A stretch of DNA of 64,000 bases from an uncultured Spirochaetota bacterium. Lineage in GTDB: Bacteria > Spirochaetota > Spirochaetia > SZUA-6 > Fen-1364. Numbering within the stretch: the first letter of the stretch is position 1; each line of letters begins with the position of its first letter. Made by a program: the position numbers and the translations under genes. The stretch spans positions 68,991 to 132,990 of the forward strand of contig CAWGAC010000009.1 of the NCBI GenBank assembly GCA_963820435.1, read 5' to 3'. A model generated the notes under the pieces. That model was given only the letters and a program-made list of their open reading frames with translations, searched no databases and was not told the DNA's origin. Shown in pieces: positions 28,064 through 37,646 of this stretch.

Positions 28064-29488
28064 TCAGGCGTGCATGCGTCCGCGAAACAGGGATGCGAAA
28101 ATGCCGACGCCGCACAGCGCGGCAAAGATGAAAAACCCCGCGCGGAACGCGCTGAGGAACGCGGCGTATCGCTCAGGCGCTATTTCCACTTCGCCCACGT
28201 ACACCGCGATGATCAACGCGGCGATTCCCATGCTCAGCATCTGCCCGATAAGACGCATGGCGCCCGTAGTGGCCGAGGCGACCGCGTAGTACTTCCTTTC
28301 CACGGAACCCATGATGGCGCTGGTGTTGGGGGAGGAGAAAAGCCCGAATCCCAGGCCGCAGAGCATGAGGATGGCGATGATATGTGCAAGGCTCGACGCG
28401 CGGCCGAGGAACGCGGTGAGGAGAAGACCGGCAGTGCTCATGGCCATGCCCGCGGAGGCCACGATTCGCGGCTCCACACGGTCCGAGAGCCGCCCGGCCA
28501 GCGGGGAGAATACCGCCATCATCACCGGCTGGGTGAGCATGATCAGCCCCGCGGAACGCGGAGAGAATCCTTTGATGTACTGGAGGAACAGGCTCAGCAG
28601 GAAGGAAAGGGCAAAGGTCGCCGCGTAGTTGATCAGCGCGGAGAGATTGGAAAGGGCAAACACCGAGTTGCGTCGAAACAGGCTGATGTCCAGAACGGGG
28701 GAAGCGACACGGCTCTCCCTCCACACGAAGGCCGCGAGCAGCACGGCGCCGCCGATAATGAGCCAGAGGCCGGTCACCGCCGGCAGCAGCCGGAAGCCGT
28801 ACATTACGGCGAACAGCGTGCAGGCGTAGAAGAGCGAACCGACCACGTCCATTTTCTGGCCGCGCGCCTCCGCCCATTCTCCCCTCACCTTCCAGAGAGC
28901 CAGCCCGGTCACGAACAGTCCCAGGACCATGGTCAGCAGGAATATGCTCCGCCAGCCAAGGAACTGGGTAAGCATGCCGCCGATGAACGGACCGAGCGCG
29001 CCGCCGGCGTATACGGACGCCACGGTGATGCCGAGAGCGCGCCCCCTCTGGGCGGGCGGATATACCGAGGTAACGATGGCCAGCGAGGTCCCGAACATCA
29101 TGGCGTCGGTGAATCCCTGCAGAGCGCGGAGGGCGATCAGCATGGCCTCGGAGGCGGCAAGCGCGCACAAGAGCGATACGACCGAGTAGCCGGCCATGCC
29201 CGCGAGGAACACTTTCCTCCGGCCGTGGATGTCCGCTACTCTCCCCATGGGAACGAGGAACATGGCGGCGGCAAGCAGATAGGCGGTGCTGATCCAGCTC
29301 AAGGTGATGGCATCGGCGGAAAACTCCCTGCCGATGGAAGGAATCGCGATATTGATCGAGGAGGCCATGAAGGGCGTGAGAAATGAGGCCGTTGAGGCCA
29401 CGAAAAGAACCACCCGTTTGTCGACCGTACCGTCCTGCTGATGCATGCGCTTTCCCGGGCCCTCACTATATGCGGAAATCCGTGCCAA
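28064..29488 (-). CDS. MFS transporter, DHA2 (EmrB/QacA-like, 14-TM) family
   Basis: 474 aa. …GRVADIHGRRKVFLAGM… motif A and many TM segments. The true start may be the internal Met at 29446. Confidence 0.9.
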   Translation of the reverse strand: MARISAYSEGPGKRMHQQDGTVDKRVVLFVASTASFLTPFMASSINIAIPSIGREFSADAITLSWISTAYLLAAAMFLVPMGRVADIHGRRKVFLAGMAGYSVVSLLCALAASEAMLIALRALQGFTDAMMFGTSLAIVTSVYPPAQRGRALGITVASVYAGGALGPFIGGMLTQFLGWRSIFLLTMVLGLFVTGLALWKVRGEWAEARGQKMDVVGSLFYACTLFAVMYGFRLLPAVTGLWLIIGGAVLLAAFVWRESRVASPVLDISLFRRNSVFALSNLSALINYAATFALSFLLSLFLQYIKGFSPRSAGLIMLTQPVMMAVFSPLAGRLSDRVEPRIVASAGMAMSTAGLLLTAFLGRASSLAHIIAILMLCGLGFGLFSSPNTSAIMGSVERKYYAVASATTGAMRLIGQMLSMGIAALIIAVYVGEVEIAPERYAAFLSAFRAGFFIFAALCGVGIFASLFRGRMHA

Positions 29489-29541
29489 TGGCTATTCCGA
29501 CAGGCCGCTGCGCAGGGTATGATCAGCTCTGAGAGACATCG

Positions 29542-30114
29542 ATGCAGGCTGACGAATTAAAAGCTCTATGGGAGAGATACTGCTGCAGGCTCCTTGCGTT
29601 CATACGCGGGCGGATCGCGGACGAATCTGAAGCGGAAGACATCCTGCAGGAAGTCTTCATCCGGATCCACCGCAACCTGTGCTGCCAGGCATGGAACAAG
29701 CCGGAGGGATGGATCTACCAGATCACGCGCAACCTGATCATCGATCACTACCGAAGCCGAAGAGAGACGGTCGAGGTGGACGAAAGCGTGCCGGCCCGGG
29801 AACAGGTGGGCGTGGAGGATGACCCCGTGGCCCGGCTTTCATTCTCGCTCAGGGAAACCATAGACGGGATGCCCGAGCCATATCGCCAGGCGCTGCTGCT
29901 GACCGAATACGACGGGCTCAGCCAGAAGGAGCTCGCCTCCCGGATGGGAATATCGCTCTCCGGCGCCAAGTCACGGGTACAGCGCGCCCGGGAGAAGCTG
30001 CGCGATATGCTCCTGGCCTGCTGCCATTTCGAGCTGGACCGTCGAGGAAGAATCATCGACTACTACAAACGTTGCTGCCGCTGCGGCGCGGCCTCTCAAC
30101 CGCACCGGGCATAA
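29542..30114 (+). CDS. sigZ: ECF-type RNA polymerase sigma factor with C-terminal Cys-rich extension (SigZ-like)
   Basis: 190 aa. Sigma-70 region 2 (EDILQEVFIRIH…WIYQITRNLIIDHYR) and region 4 (LSQKELASRMGISLSGAKSRVQRAREKL), followed by CCHFELDRRGRIIDYYKRCCRCG. Confidence 0.8.
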   Translation: MQADELKALWERYCCRLLAFIRGRIADESEAEDILQEVFIRIHRNLCCQAWNKPEGWIYQITRNLIIDHYRSRRETVEVDESVPAREQVGVEDDPVARLSFSLRETIDGMPEPYRQALLLTEYDGLSQKELASRMGISLSGAKSRVQRAREKLRDMLLACCHFELDRRGRIIDYYKRCCRCGAASQPHRA

Positions 30115-30267
30115 CTTTCCGAAATTCGCCGTCACGATACCTTGCACGAATGTCACGGGGTACCGTGACCGCGGTACTCCGTGCAGTTCCGCGACATTCG
30201 TTGCGTCTTTTTCAGCCGGCCTCCGTCTACCAGGATGTCTCAATACTCGAGCCACGAGGAGGAACGG

Positions 30268-30432
30268 ATGCTGCAGGATTTCACGATGCGGATGTTTTTG
30301 CCCATTCTTCGGCAGGAAGAGCGCGACGACCGATCTCACGTGGAGCCGCGCCCCCTGAGTTTCGCAAGACTTCGAGGATTCTGCTCACAGAGGGCGTGTG
30401 AGCGACCTTGCTGCGGGCGGGCGACCACATGA
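30268..30432 (+). CDS. hypothetical small Cys-rich protein (54 aa)
   Basis: MLQDFTMRMFLPILRQEERDDRSHVEPRPLSFARLRGFCSQRACERPCCGRATT. GAGGAGG lies 5 nt upstream of the ATG. The stop overlaps the permease ATG (ATGA at 30429-30432). No family recognised. Confidence 0.35.
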   Translation: MLQDFTMRMFLPILRQEERDDRSHVEPRPLSFARLRGFCSQRACERPCCGRATT

Positions 30433-31528
30433 CAATGGACTTCATACTGAATCTTTTCGAGCAGTCGGTCAGGCAGGTTCTCCTCTCTCTCCTGCACAAC
30501 TGGCCATATCTTCTGGCCAGCATCCTGATCGCCGCGCTGCTGCAGGTGTTCGTCGATGTGAAGAAGGTATCGGCTTTCCTCGGCCGCCACCGCAGCGCAG
30601 GGGTCGTGGCAGCCACGGCGGCAGCGGTTGCCACGCCGCTCTGCTCCTGCGGCACCACGGCCGTGGTGCTGGGCATGATGGCGAGCACAATGCCCTGGGC
30701 GCCGATCGTTGCCTTCATGGTGTCGTCCCCGCTGAGCTCTCCCGAAGGCATGGTGTACAGCGCGGGTCTTTTCGGCTGGCCGTTCGCGCTGGCATCCTTT
30801 TTCTTCTCCATTGTTTTGGGGCTTTCAGGAGGCTGGATTGCGGCGTCATTCGAACGGCGCGGCTGGCTCGACAACCAGGCGCGCTTCCCGGCTGCGCGCG
30901 CCCCGGCAAGCGCCTGCGCATGCGGGAGCCTTCCTTCCGCCGCGGTTGTCCGGCGCCGGCCTGCGCGTGCAGCCAACCGTCTTTCCCGGTCAGACAGATC
31001 CAGGTGAGAGAAACCGTCGGGCTCCCGCTCGTCGCATGCTGCGCAGGCGGCGCGCCTGTGGAGGCGATAACGGCGCGGATCACCGAAACTGTCTTCATGA
31101 AAACCCTCGCCCGCGTATCAGGTCTGCCAAAGGAGATATGGACCGTCGGCAAGCGGCTTCTTCCGATGTTCCTCGGATTTGCCTTCATAGGCTTTCTGTT
31201 GAACGGTCTTGTGCCGGCCGCGTGGATCAGCGCGCTGTTCGGCAGGGGCCATGTCTACAGCGTTCCGCTGGCAGCCACCCTGGGTCTGCCGCTGTACATC
31301 AACTCCGAAGCTTCCCTTCCGCTGATTCGAGGTCTTCTGGATTCCGGGATGAGCCAGGGGGCTGTCATGGCGTTCCTCATCGCCGGGTCGGGCACGTCGA
31401 TGGGAGCCATTGCCGGTGCCCTGACGATAGCCCGTTGGCGGGTGGTCGGGCTGGTCGTCGGTGTTCTCTGGATCGGGGCAATGTGCGCGGGATTTGCGTA
31501 CGATTTCCTTCTCTTGCTTGCGGGATGA
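30429..31528 (+). pseudogene. COG0701-type permease (YraQ/ArsP-like) with Cys-rich central loop; frameshifted in the loop
   Basis: The N-terminal half is in the ORF 30408..31007 frame (MTMDFILNLFEQSV…ATPLCSCGTTAVVLGM…). The C-terminal half is in the ORF 30398..31528 frame (…CPAPACACSQ…VACCAGGAPVEA…WTVGKRLLPMFLGFAFIGFLLNG…INSEASLP…). The junction is somewhere in 30900-30965, possibly at about 30944. Confidence 0.7.
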
Positions 31529-31564
31529 CCGGCCACGGTAATCCGTGGCATTTTCAGATGCCCC

Positions 31565-32596
31565 GTGATAAGGTGCCGCTATGACGGCAAGAAACGATAC
31601 ATCAGGCTCCCTTGTATTCCTTCACATAACGACGGCCGCGTACATCGGCCGCAAGTATTCCTGACGGAATTGGCGCGGCTCGTTTCTCTTCGAAGGATCT
31701 GGAGCCGCGCGCCCCACAACGCCTTCACTGATCTCGTCCGGTTCAAGGACAGGTGGTACTGCGCGCTGCGCGAGTCGAGGAGCCACGTGGGGGACATCGG
31801 CCGCGTGCGCATCATCACCTCAGCCGACGGCACGGATTGGATATCCGCCGCGCTTTTCTCCGAACGGGGCGTTGACCTGAGAGACCCCAAGCTTTCCGTT
31901 GCGCCCGGGAAGCGGCTCATGCTCCTGATGGGAGGCTCCCGGTACGCGGGGGGGAAATACACGGGCAGGAACCCGAGAGTCGCCTTTTCACTCGACGGCC
32001 GCGCCTGGAGCAGGCCCCGCGGCATTCTCTCGGAAGGGGACTGGCTGTGGAGAGTGACGTGGCAGGGAAGACAGGCCTATGGCGTCACCTACAGGGTCGT
32101 GGACAAGGACAAGTGGACGGTCACGCTGGTGACAAGCGGTGACGGTCTTTCGTACCGCGAGGTGTGCAGCCTGCGCGTCCCGGGCAAGCCGAACGAAACG
32201 ACCTTGCGATTCCAACGCAATGGCCGGGCAATTGCGCTCGTGCGCCGGGAGGGCGGCAGCAGAAAAGCCTGGATCGGCGCCAGCCGGCCCCCGTACACGG
32301 AGTGGCAGTGGCATGCTGCGCGGCATCGGGTGGGCGGCCCCAACTTTCTTGTTCTGCCGACCGGTGACCTGTGGGCCGCGGGCCGCGGCTACTTTCCGGA
32401 GGGTCCGCGCACTCTCATCGCCCGGATGGACGACCACGGGTATACGCCGGTGCTCGAGCTGCCCAGCGCCGGTGACTGCAGCTATCCGGGCCTTGTCTGG
32501 CATCGCGGCCATCTGTGGGTGAGCTACTACTCCTCCCACGAAGGGAAAACGAGCGTTTATCTTGCACGAATCCAATTGAGCGAGGAGGGACGGTGA
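31565..32596 (+). CDS. sialidase-like/BNR-type beta-propeller hypothetical protein
   Basis: 343 aa. [23 protein letters not shown]…[11 protein letters not shown]…RDPKLSV… resembles proteins commonly annotated exo-alpha-sialidase. Start uncertain (GTG 31565 or later). No signal peptide seen. Confidence 0.55.
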   Translation: MIRCRYDGKKRYIRLPCIPSHNDGRVHRPQVFLTELARLVSLRRIWSRAPHNAFTDLVRFKDRWYCALRESRSHVGDIGRVRIITSADGTDWISAALFSERGVDLRDPKLSVAPGKRLMLLMGGSRYAGGKYTGRNPRVAFSLDGRAWSRPRGILSEGDWLWRVTWQGRQAYGVTYRVVDKDKWTVTLVTSGDGLSYREVCSLRVPGKPNETTLRFQRNGRAIALVRREGGSRKAWIGASRPPYTEWQWHAARHRVGGPNFLVLPTGDLWAAGRGYFPEGPRTLIARMDDHGYTPVLELPSAGDCSYPGLVWHRGHLWVSYYSSHEGKTSVYLARIQLSEEGR

Positions 32597-32939
32597 AAGC
32601 ACTCATCGTGTGGGGAGGCTGGGAAGGGCACGAACCGAAGCAGTGCGCCGACCTCTTTATTCCCTGGCTCCGACAAGAGGGATTCGAGGTGACGGTTTCC
32701 GCCTCCCTCGATTCGTATCTCGATCAGACGCTGATGGGCTCGCTGCCTACCGCGTGCACGTGCTCGATCGCCCGGACCCGATCACCAGGGGCATCGCCGA
32801 CTTCGACATGCTCTCCGAGCAATACTACATGCACGTGGATCCTTCAAACGAGGTGCTCGCCACAACGACGTTCGGCGGCGGCGTGCATCCCTGGATCGAG
32901 GGCACGGTCACGCTGAATGGGGCCCGCTCTCAGGGGTAG
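32593..32939 (+). pseudogene. ThuA-domain protein remnant (internal deletion plus 3' truncation)
   Basis: GTG 32593 (GTGA overlap, RBS GAGGAGG) gives [51 protein letters not shown]. The other frame then gives [56 protein letters not shown] and stops. The middle (about 75 aa) and C-terminal (about 70 aa) parts expected for the family are missing. Confidence 0.75.
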
Positions 32940-33871
32940 AAGAGGAAGATATTGCCCACGTCCGGGATGTGACGCATCGCTTCGGAGGAAAGACGCGTAA
33001 GCTCCTCCGCAACTGCGGGCTCGATGCTGCCGCTGCCGGCCGCGACATTGCTTTCGATCTGCGCGACCCTTCGGGCGCCCACCAGGGAGGCGACGATGCC
33101 GGGCCTGCCGAGCACCCAGCGGATCGCCAGCGTGCTCAAGGATGTGGAGTTTCTTCGGGCCACTTCCCGCATGGCGGCCGCCGCGTCCCGCACGTATGGC
33201 CACACGTCGGATCGATAGTAGAGGGTTTTCCCTCGGGCATCGCCCTCCTCGAATGAATCCGGGCTCCTTGGGGTGTCGGAGAGGAGGCCCTGCGCAATGG
33301 AGCTGAAGGTGACCACCGCAATGCCATGTGCGATACACCAGGGAATGACGTCCCGCTCGGGGTAGCGCCACAACAGGTTGTAGCAGAGCTGGTGCGCGTC
33401 GATCCGTCCGGCCTCGGATGCCATTTCCATGTCCTTGACGCTGAAGTTGCTGACACCGACGAGCCGGATCTTGCCCTGCGCGCGCAGGAGCTCGAGGCCT
33501 TCCATCATGGGACGCAGGTCGAAACCGGTTTTCGGCCAGTGCACGTAGAAGAGGTCGATCCACTGCCTCTTCATCCTGGCCAGGGATTTCTCGACGCCCG
33601 CGATGGTTTCGGCCTTGCCCGCCGCGTGCATCTTTGTGGAGACGAAAGCCTTTTCCGAAAAGGGCTCGATGCCCCGGCCCAGGACCTCTTCAGAATGACC
33701 CATTCCGTAGTCGTGCGCGGTATCGAAATGCCGCATTCCCCTGCGATACGCTTCCCGTATCAGGGCAACCGACGTGTCATCCTCAGGCGTTCCGCTCCCC
33801 ATGTCGCCGAACTGCCAGCATCCCAGGCCCACCCCTTTCGGAATGAGCTCCGTGAGAGAACGCGCGCCCAT
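32930..33871 (-). CDS. aldo/keto reductase
   Basis: 313 aa. GLGCWQFG…[18 protein letters not shown]…. Confidence 0.9.
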   Translation of the reverse strand: MGARSLTELIPKGVGLGCWQFGDMGSGTPEDDTSVALIREAYRRGMRHFDTAHDYGMGHSEEVLGRGIEPFSEKAFVSTKMHAAGKAETIAGVEKSLARMKRQWIDLFYVHWPKTGFDLRPMMEGLELLRAQGKIRLVGVSNFSVKDMEMASEAGRIDAHQLCYNLLWRYPERDVIPWCIAHGIAVVTFSSIAQGLLSDTPRSPDSFEEGDARGKTLYYRSDVWPYVRDAAAAMREVARRNSTSLSTLAIRWVLGRPGIVASLVGARRVAQIESNVAAGSGSIEPAVAEELTRLSSEAMRHIPDVGNIFLFYP

Positions 33872-34326
33872 CAGTCGTTCTCGAGGAGCTCGATGATGAC
33901 TTTCAGGTCCCGGTTCGCGTCCACGTACGCGTAGCGGCCGCCGGTGTATTCGCCCGTCTGCAGGAGGGGCATTGCGCTGGCCTTCAGCTCGGCGACCTTC
34001 TCCTTCATGCCCTTGATCACGAACGCGATGTGGTGAACCCCTTCTCCCTTGCGGTCGAGGTCCTCCCTCCAGGTGCTCGGCTCCTTGTCCGGTTGTATGA
34101 GCTCGATATCCAGGGTGGGGCCGACCTTGAAGAATGCCAGCTTCGACCGCGCCTTTGTGGGGGCACCCTTGTAGCGCGCTTGAGACTTGTCCAGCTCATC
34201 CGTGATCTGGATGGGCGGCTTTTCCACCCCTAGAAAGTCGGCATAGGCCTGGGCCGTTTTTTCTATGTCATGCACGAGAATTCCCACCTGCGTGACTATG
34301 TGGGTGCCAAGGATTTTCTTTTTCAT
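33871..34326 (-). CDS. VOC (glyoxalase/bleomycin-resistance/dioxygenase) family protein
   Basis: 151 aa. …VGILVHDIEKTAQAYADFLG…GEGVHHIAFVI… Paralogue of 37647..38060. Confidence 0.85.
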   Translation of the reverse strand: MKKKILGTHIVTQVGILVHDIEKTAQAYADFLGVEKPPIQITDELDKSQARYKGAPTKARSKLAFFKVGPTLDIELIQPDKEPSTWREDLDRKGEGVHHIAFVIKGMKEKVAELKASAMPLLQTGEYTGGRYAYVDANRDLKVIIELLEND

Positions 34327-34401
34327 TCTGCGTGCCTCCTCTATGTTTGTTTTCCCGTTTCCGGGACAGCTACCCCGACGGGGTGATGGCGTGCACTCTG
34401 C

Positions 34402-35277
34402 TCATTGGCGATAGCCGAAACGCTTCTCCAGCCCCAGGAGCATCGCAATAAGGAAAAGGGCGATGATGAGGAGTATCCAGGCCATCGCGGACGCAAGCCC
34501 CATTTTGAAATACTGGAACGCATTCTGATAGAGGTAGAGCGAGTAGAAGAGGGTCGACTGGTTGGGCCCGCCGGACGTGATGATGAATGATTCCGCGAAG
34601 GATTGAAATATGCCTATGACATAGGTGATCACGTTGAAAAGTATCACGGGGGAAATCATGGGGATGGTGATCCGGAAGGTCCGGTGCATGAAGTTTGCCC
34701 CGTCGATTGCCGCGACCTCGTACAGCGACTGCGGGATATCCTGGAGAGCGGCGAGGTAGATGATCACCGCGCCCCCCGATACCCAGAGGAAGATCATGAT
34801 GAAGGCCGGCTTGGCCAGGAGCGGATCAGCAAGCCAGCCGGGCCCCTTGATGTGCACGTAGGAGAGAAAGGTGTTGATCAGGCCGGTCTGCGGCTGCAGG
34901 ATCCAGACCCAGAGAATGCAGAGGATAACGAGCGGGACGAGCGTCGGCACGAAGAAGATGATGCGGAACACCGAAAGGCCCTTGATCCGCTTGTTGCTGA
35001 GGATGAGGGCAAGGGCGAGGGTGGCAATCGTGATGACGATGGTTCCGACCACGACCATGTACAGGGTGTTGAGAAGCGAGGTGCGGAAGACCGGGTCGGT
35101 GGTCACCAGGTCGATGTAGTTGCCCAGCCCGATGAATTTCGGCGGATCCACCACGTTGTAACGGGTGAGGGAATAGAAGAGGGAGCTGAAAATCGGATAC
35201 GCCGTGAAGACCAGGAAACCGACGATCCATGGCGAAATGAAGAGCAGGCCGTTTCTTCGATCTCTTGAACCGATCAT
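34402..35277 (-). CDS. CUT1 sugar ABC transporter permease (MalF-like)
   Basis: 291 aa. EAA loop YEVAAIDGANFMHRTFRITIP. Confidence 0.9.
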   Translation of the reverse strand: MIGSRDRRNGLLFISPWIVGFLVFTAYPIFSSLFYSLTRYNVVDPPKFIGLGNYIDLVTTDPVFRTSLLNTLYMVVVGTIVITIATLALALILSNKRIKGLSVFRIIFFVPTLVPLVILCILWVWILQPQTGLINTFLSYVHIKGPGWLADPLLAKPAFIMIFLWVSGGAVIIYLAALQDIPQSLYEVAAIDGANFMHRTFRITIPMISPVILFNVITYVIGIFQSFAESFIITSGGPNQSTLFYSLYLYQNAFQYFKMGLASAMAWILLIIALFLIAMLLGLEKRFGYRQ

Positions 35278-35280
35278 CGG

Positions 35281-36132
35281 CTATCCCTTTATTCCCGTCA
35301 TTGCAATCCCCTGGATGAAGTATTTCTGAAGCACAAAGAATATGATCAGCACGGGGAAGGTCATCATGACGCCGAGGGTGAGGAGCATGTCCCATTTCGG
35401 ATCCAGGATGTGCATGATCTGCTGCGCGCCGAGGGAGAGAGTGTACAGCTTGTTGTCCGAGAGGAAGATCAACGGGCCGATGAAGTCATTCCAGGTTCTC
35501 AGGAAGGAGAAGATGATCACCGTCGTGATTGCCGGCGTGGACAGCGGAATGATGACGCGCCGATAGATCATGAAGTCGCCCGCCCCGTCCATTTTTGCCG
35601 CGTAGGAGAGCTCGTTCGGTATCGACATGTAGAACTGGCGCAGCAGGAAGATGAAAAACGCGTTCCCGAAGAAGGCCGGCACGATCAGGGGCAGGAGGGT
35701 TCCGATCCAATGCAGCTGGTGGAACAGGATGAAAAGCGGGATCATGACAACCTGGAACGGCAGGATCAACGTGGCCAGAACGACATAGAAAAGCGCTTCC
35801 CGGCCTTTCCATTCGATCTTGGCAAACCCGTATGCAATGAGCGTATTGGAAAGAACCGCGCCGATGACGTTGAGGACCACCAGGACCATGGTATTGCGGA
35901 AGTCCTGCAGGAAGGGAAACTCGTTGAAGATGCGGACGTAATTGTGCCATTGAGCCTTCTTGGGAAGCCACTGCATGGGAACGACGAAAAGCTCGGCAGG
36001 GACTTTCAACGAGCTCAACGTCATCCACACGAATGGAACAATGAAGACGAGAGCAAGTACGGCAAGGATAAGGGTTGATATGGCGATTTCGCCCGGCGCG
36101 AGATAAACAGCTTCTTTCGCTTTCCGTGGCAT
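35281..36132 (-). CDS. CUT1 sugar ABC transporter permease (MalG-like)
   Basis: 283 aa. EAA loop SYAAKMDGAGDFMIYRRVIIP. Confidence 0.9.
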   Translation of the reverse strand: MPRKAKEAVYLAPGEIAISTLILAVLALVFIVPFVWMTLSSLKVPAELFVVPMQWLPKKAQWHNYVRIFNEFPFLQDFRNTMVLVVLNVIGAVLSNTLIAYGFAKIEWKGREALFYVVLATLILPFQVVMIPLFILFHQLHWIGTLLPLIVPAFFGNAFFIFLLRQFYMSIPNELSYAAKMDGAGDFMIYRRVIIPLSTPAITTVIIFSFLRTWNDFIGPLIFLSDNKLYTLSLGAQQIMHILDPKWDMLLTLGVMMTFPVLIIFFVLQKYFIQGIAMTGIKG

Positions 36133-36165
36133 CAGACAGCTCCCATCCCCAGTGTAGCCTGCGAG

Positions 36166-36196
36166 CCCTACCTTAAGCGATCCCTACCTTAAGCGA
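36166..36196. repeat. tandem direct repeat of a 15-mer
   Basis: CCCTACCTTAAGCGA-t-CCCTACCTTAAGCGA, immediately upstream (minus sense) of the MalG-like permease start. Confidence 0.8.
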
Positions 36197-36217
36197 GCAA
36201 AGCGGCAGTAATAAACC

Positions 36218-36255
36218 GGATGCCCGGCCCGCGCGGGGAGCGGGCCCGGGCATCC
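36218..36255 (-). other. intercistronic stem-loop after SBP gene
   Basis: GGATGCCCGGCCCG…CGGGCCCGGGCATCC, a 14-bp GC-rich stem with one bulge. A second hairpin GGGCGC-ttca-GCGCCC lies at 36267-36282. Confidence 0.7.
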
Positions 36256-36304
36256 GAAATAGTCGTGGGCGCTTCAGCGCCCTCAAGAAAGGGCAGGTCC
36301 GCGC

Positions 36305-37618
36305 TTACTGCGCGAGTTGCTTTTCGAACTTGTCCTGAAGGCCCTCCAAAAGGGGCAACGGATCCTTATTGTTGTAGATTACGTCGTCACGCAGCGCGTT
36401 CAGGTCGTTTCCGAGCTGCGCGGCCACCTTTGTCAGCGCCGCATGACCCGAATTGGGAGAGTTCGCCAGCTCCCTCTCGATCTTATAGATCGGGTCGTTC
36501 TTCATTGTCCAGCTCACCTCGTCGAACTGCTTGTTGTTCGTGGGGATCGAGCGCCAGATGTCGAAATTGTTCGCGCTGATCGGTGTAGTGATGACGAAAT
36601 TGTAGAACCTGTACGCGAGATCAGGCCGCTTTGCGCCCTTGGGGAGCAGGAACACGTTCGACTGGAATGTCGTGCCCCCCGCCCTTCCGCCCGCCGGGGT
36701 CGGGACCTTTGCCACCGCGTATTCGAGGTTCGGGGCGTAAATGCGCAGCGCGTTGGTGAACCAGTTGCCCACCACGGTCATCGCGACCTTGCCGGTCATG
36801 AAGGGGTGGTCCGGAGAGAACAGCACGCCGAACCCCGAGGTGAAAGCCTGCATCTCGGTGGGGCCCTTCTTCTGCGCATACTTGTTCATCCACCTGTACA
36901 CGTCGACGAGCGGCTTTTCCGTCAGGTACAGCTTCTTGCTTGCCGTGTCGAAGATCTTGGCGCCGAACATCCAGCCCCAGTAGAATGGATTGTCGTTGCC
37001 GTAGTCGAGCCAGGGGATGTAGCCGAACCGGTCGATGCTGGTCGCGCTGTACTTGTCGAGCTTTGCGGCAAGGGCATCGAGCTCGTCGAGGGTCTTGGGC
37101 GGCTTGGTAACGTCAAGACCGGCGTCCTTGAAGACCTTCACGTTCATGTAGAGCATGATGACATTGGAGTCCTGGGGCAGCAGGTAGGTCTTGCCGTCGA
37201 TCTGGGTGACCTCTTTCATCCCGGGGAGCATTTCGGGGATCTTCAGGGTGATCTTGCTCATGTCCCAGGGAATCGCCGTGCCGTTGGCCGCGAAGGAATA
37301 TGCCGCGCTCGCGTTATCCGAAAGCGCGATGTCGGGAGCGTCGCCTCCGGCAATGGCCGCCAGGAGCTTGCCCGTGTTGACGCCGCCGGCAGGGGTGGCG
37401 ACAAGGTTGACCTTCACGCCGGGATTGGCCTTCTCGAACTCCCCGACGCGCCACTGGTCCCATTTCAGGGAATCACCCCCGAACGGGGACCAATACACGA
37501 GCGTCCCTGGCCCCGAGGCGGACGCCTGTTCCGATCCACCCGCCGCGAAGACGGGGAATGCGAACGCTGCCATCATCAGCGCCGCGATAAGAATCGTTGC
37601 CCATGATCTTCTTTTCAT
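36305..37618 (-). CDS. extracellular solute-binding protein (family 1), CUT1 ABC importer
   Basis: 437 aa. Signal peptide MKRRSWATILIAALMMAAFAFPVFAAG. Confidence 0.9.
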   Translation of the reverse strand: MKRRSWATILIAALMMAAFAFPVFAAGGSEQASASGPGTLVYWSPFGGDSLKWDQWRVGEFEKANPGVKVNLVATPAGGVNTGKLLAAIAGGDAPDIALSDNASAAYSFAANGTAIPWDMSKITLKIPEMLPGMKEVTQIDGKTYLLPQDSNVIMLYMNVKVFKDAGLDVTKPPKTLDELDALAAKLDKYSATSIDRFGYIPWLDYGNDNPFYWGWMFGAKIFDTASKKLYLTEKPLVDVYRWMNKYAQKKGPTEMQAFTSGFGVLFSPDHPFMTGKVAMTVVGNWFTNALRIYAPNLEYAVAKVPTPAGGRAGGTTFQSNVFLLPKGAKRPDLAYRFYNFVITTPISANNFDIWRSIPTNNKQFDEVSWTMKNDPIYKIERELANSPNSGHAALTKVAAQLGNDLNALRDDVIYNNKDPLPLLEGLQDKFEKQLAQ

Positions 37619-37646
37619 TTTCGCCTCCTCCTAAAATTGGTTACGT

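Noticed and set aside
27935-29386. 483-aa plus-strand ORF
   Set aside because: It is a shadow of the MFS transporter gene. It is extremely Gly/Arg/Glu/His-rich and has no TM or domain signal.
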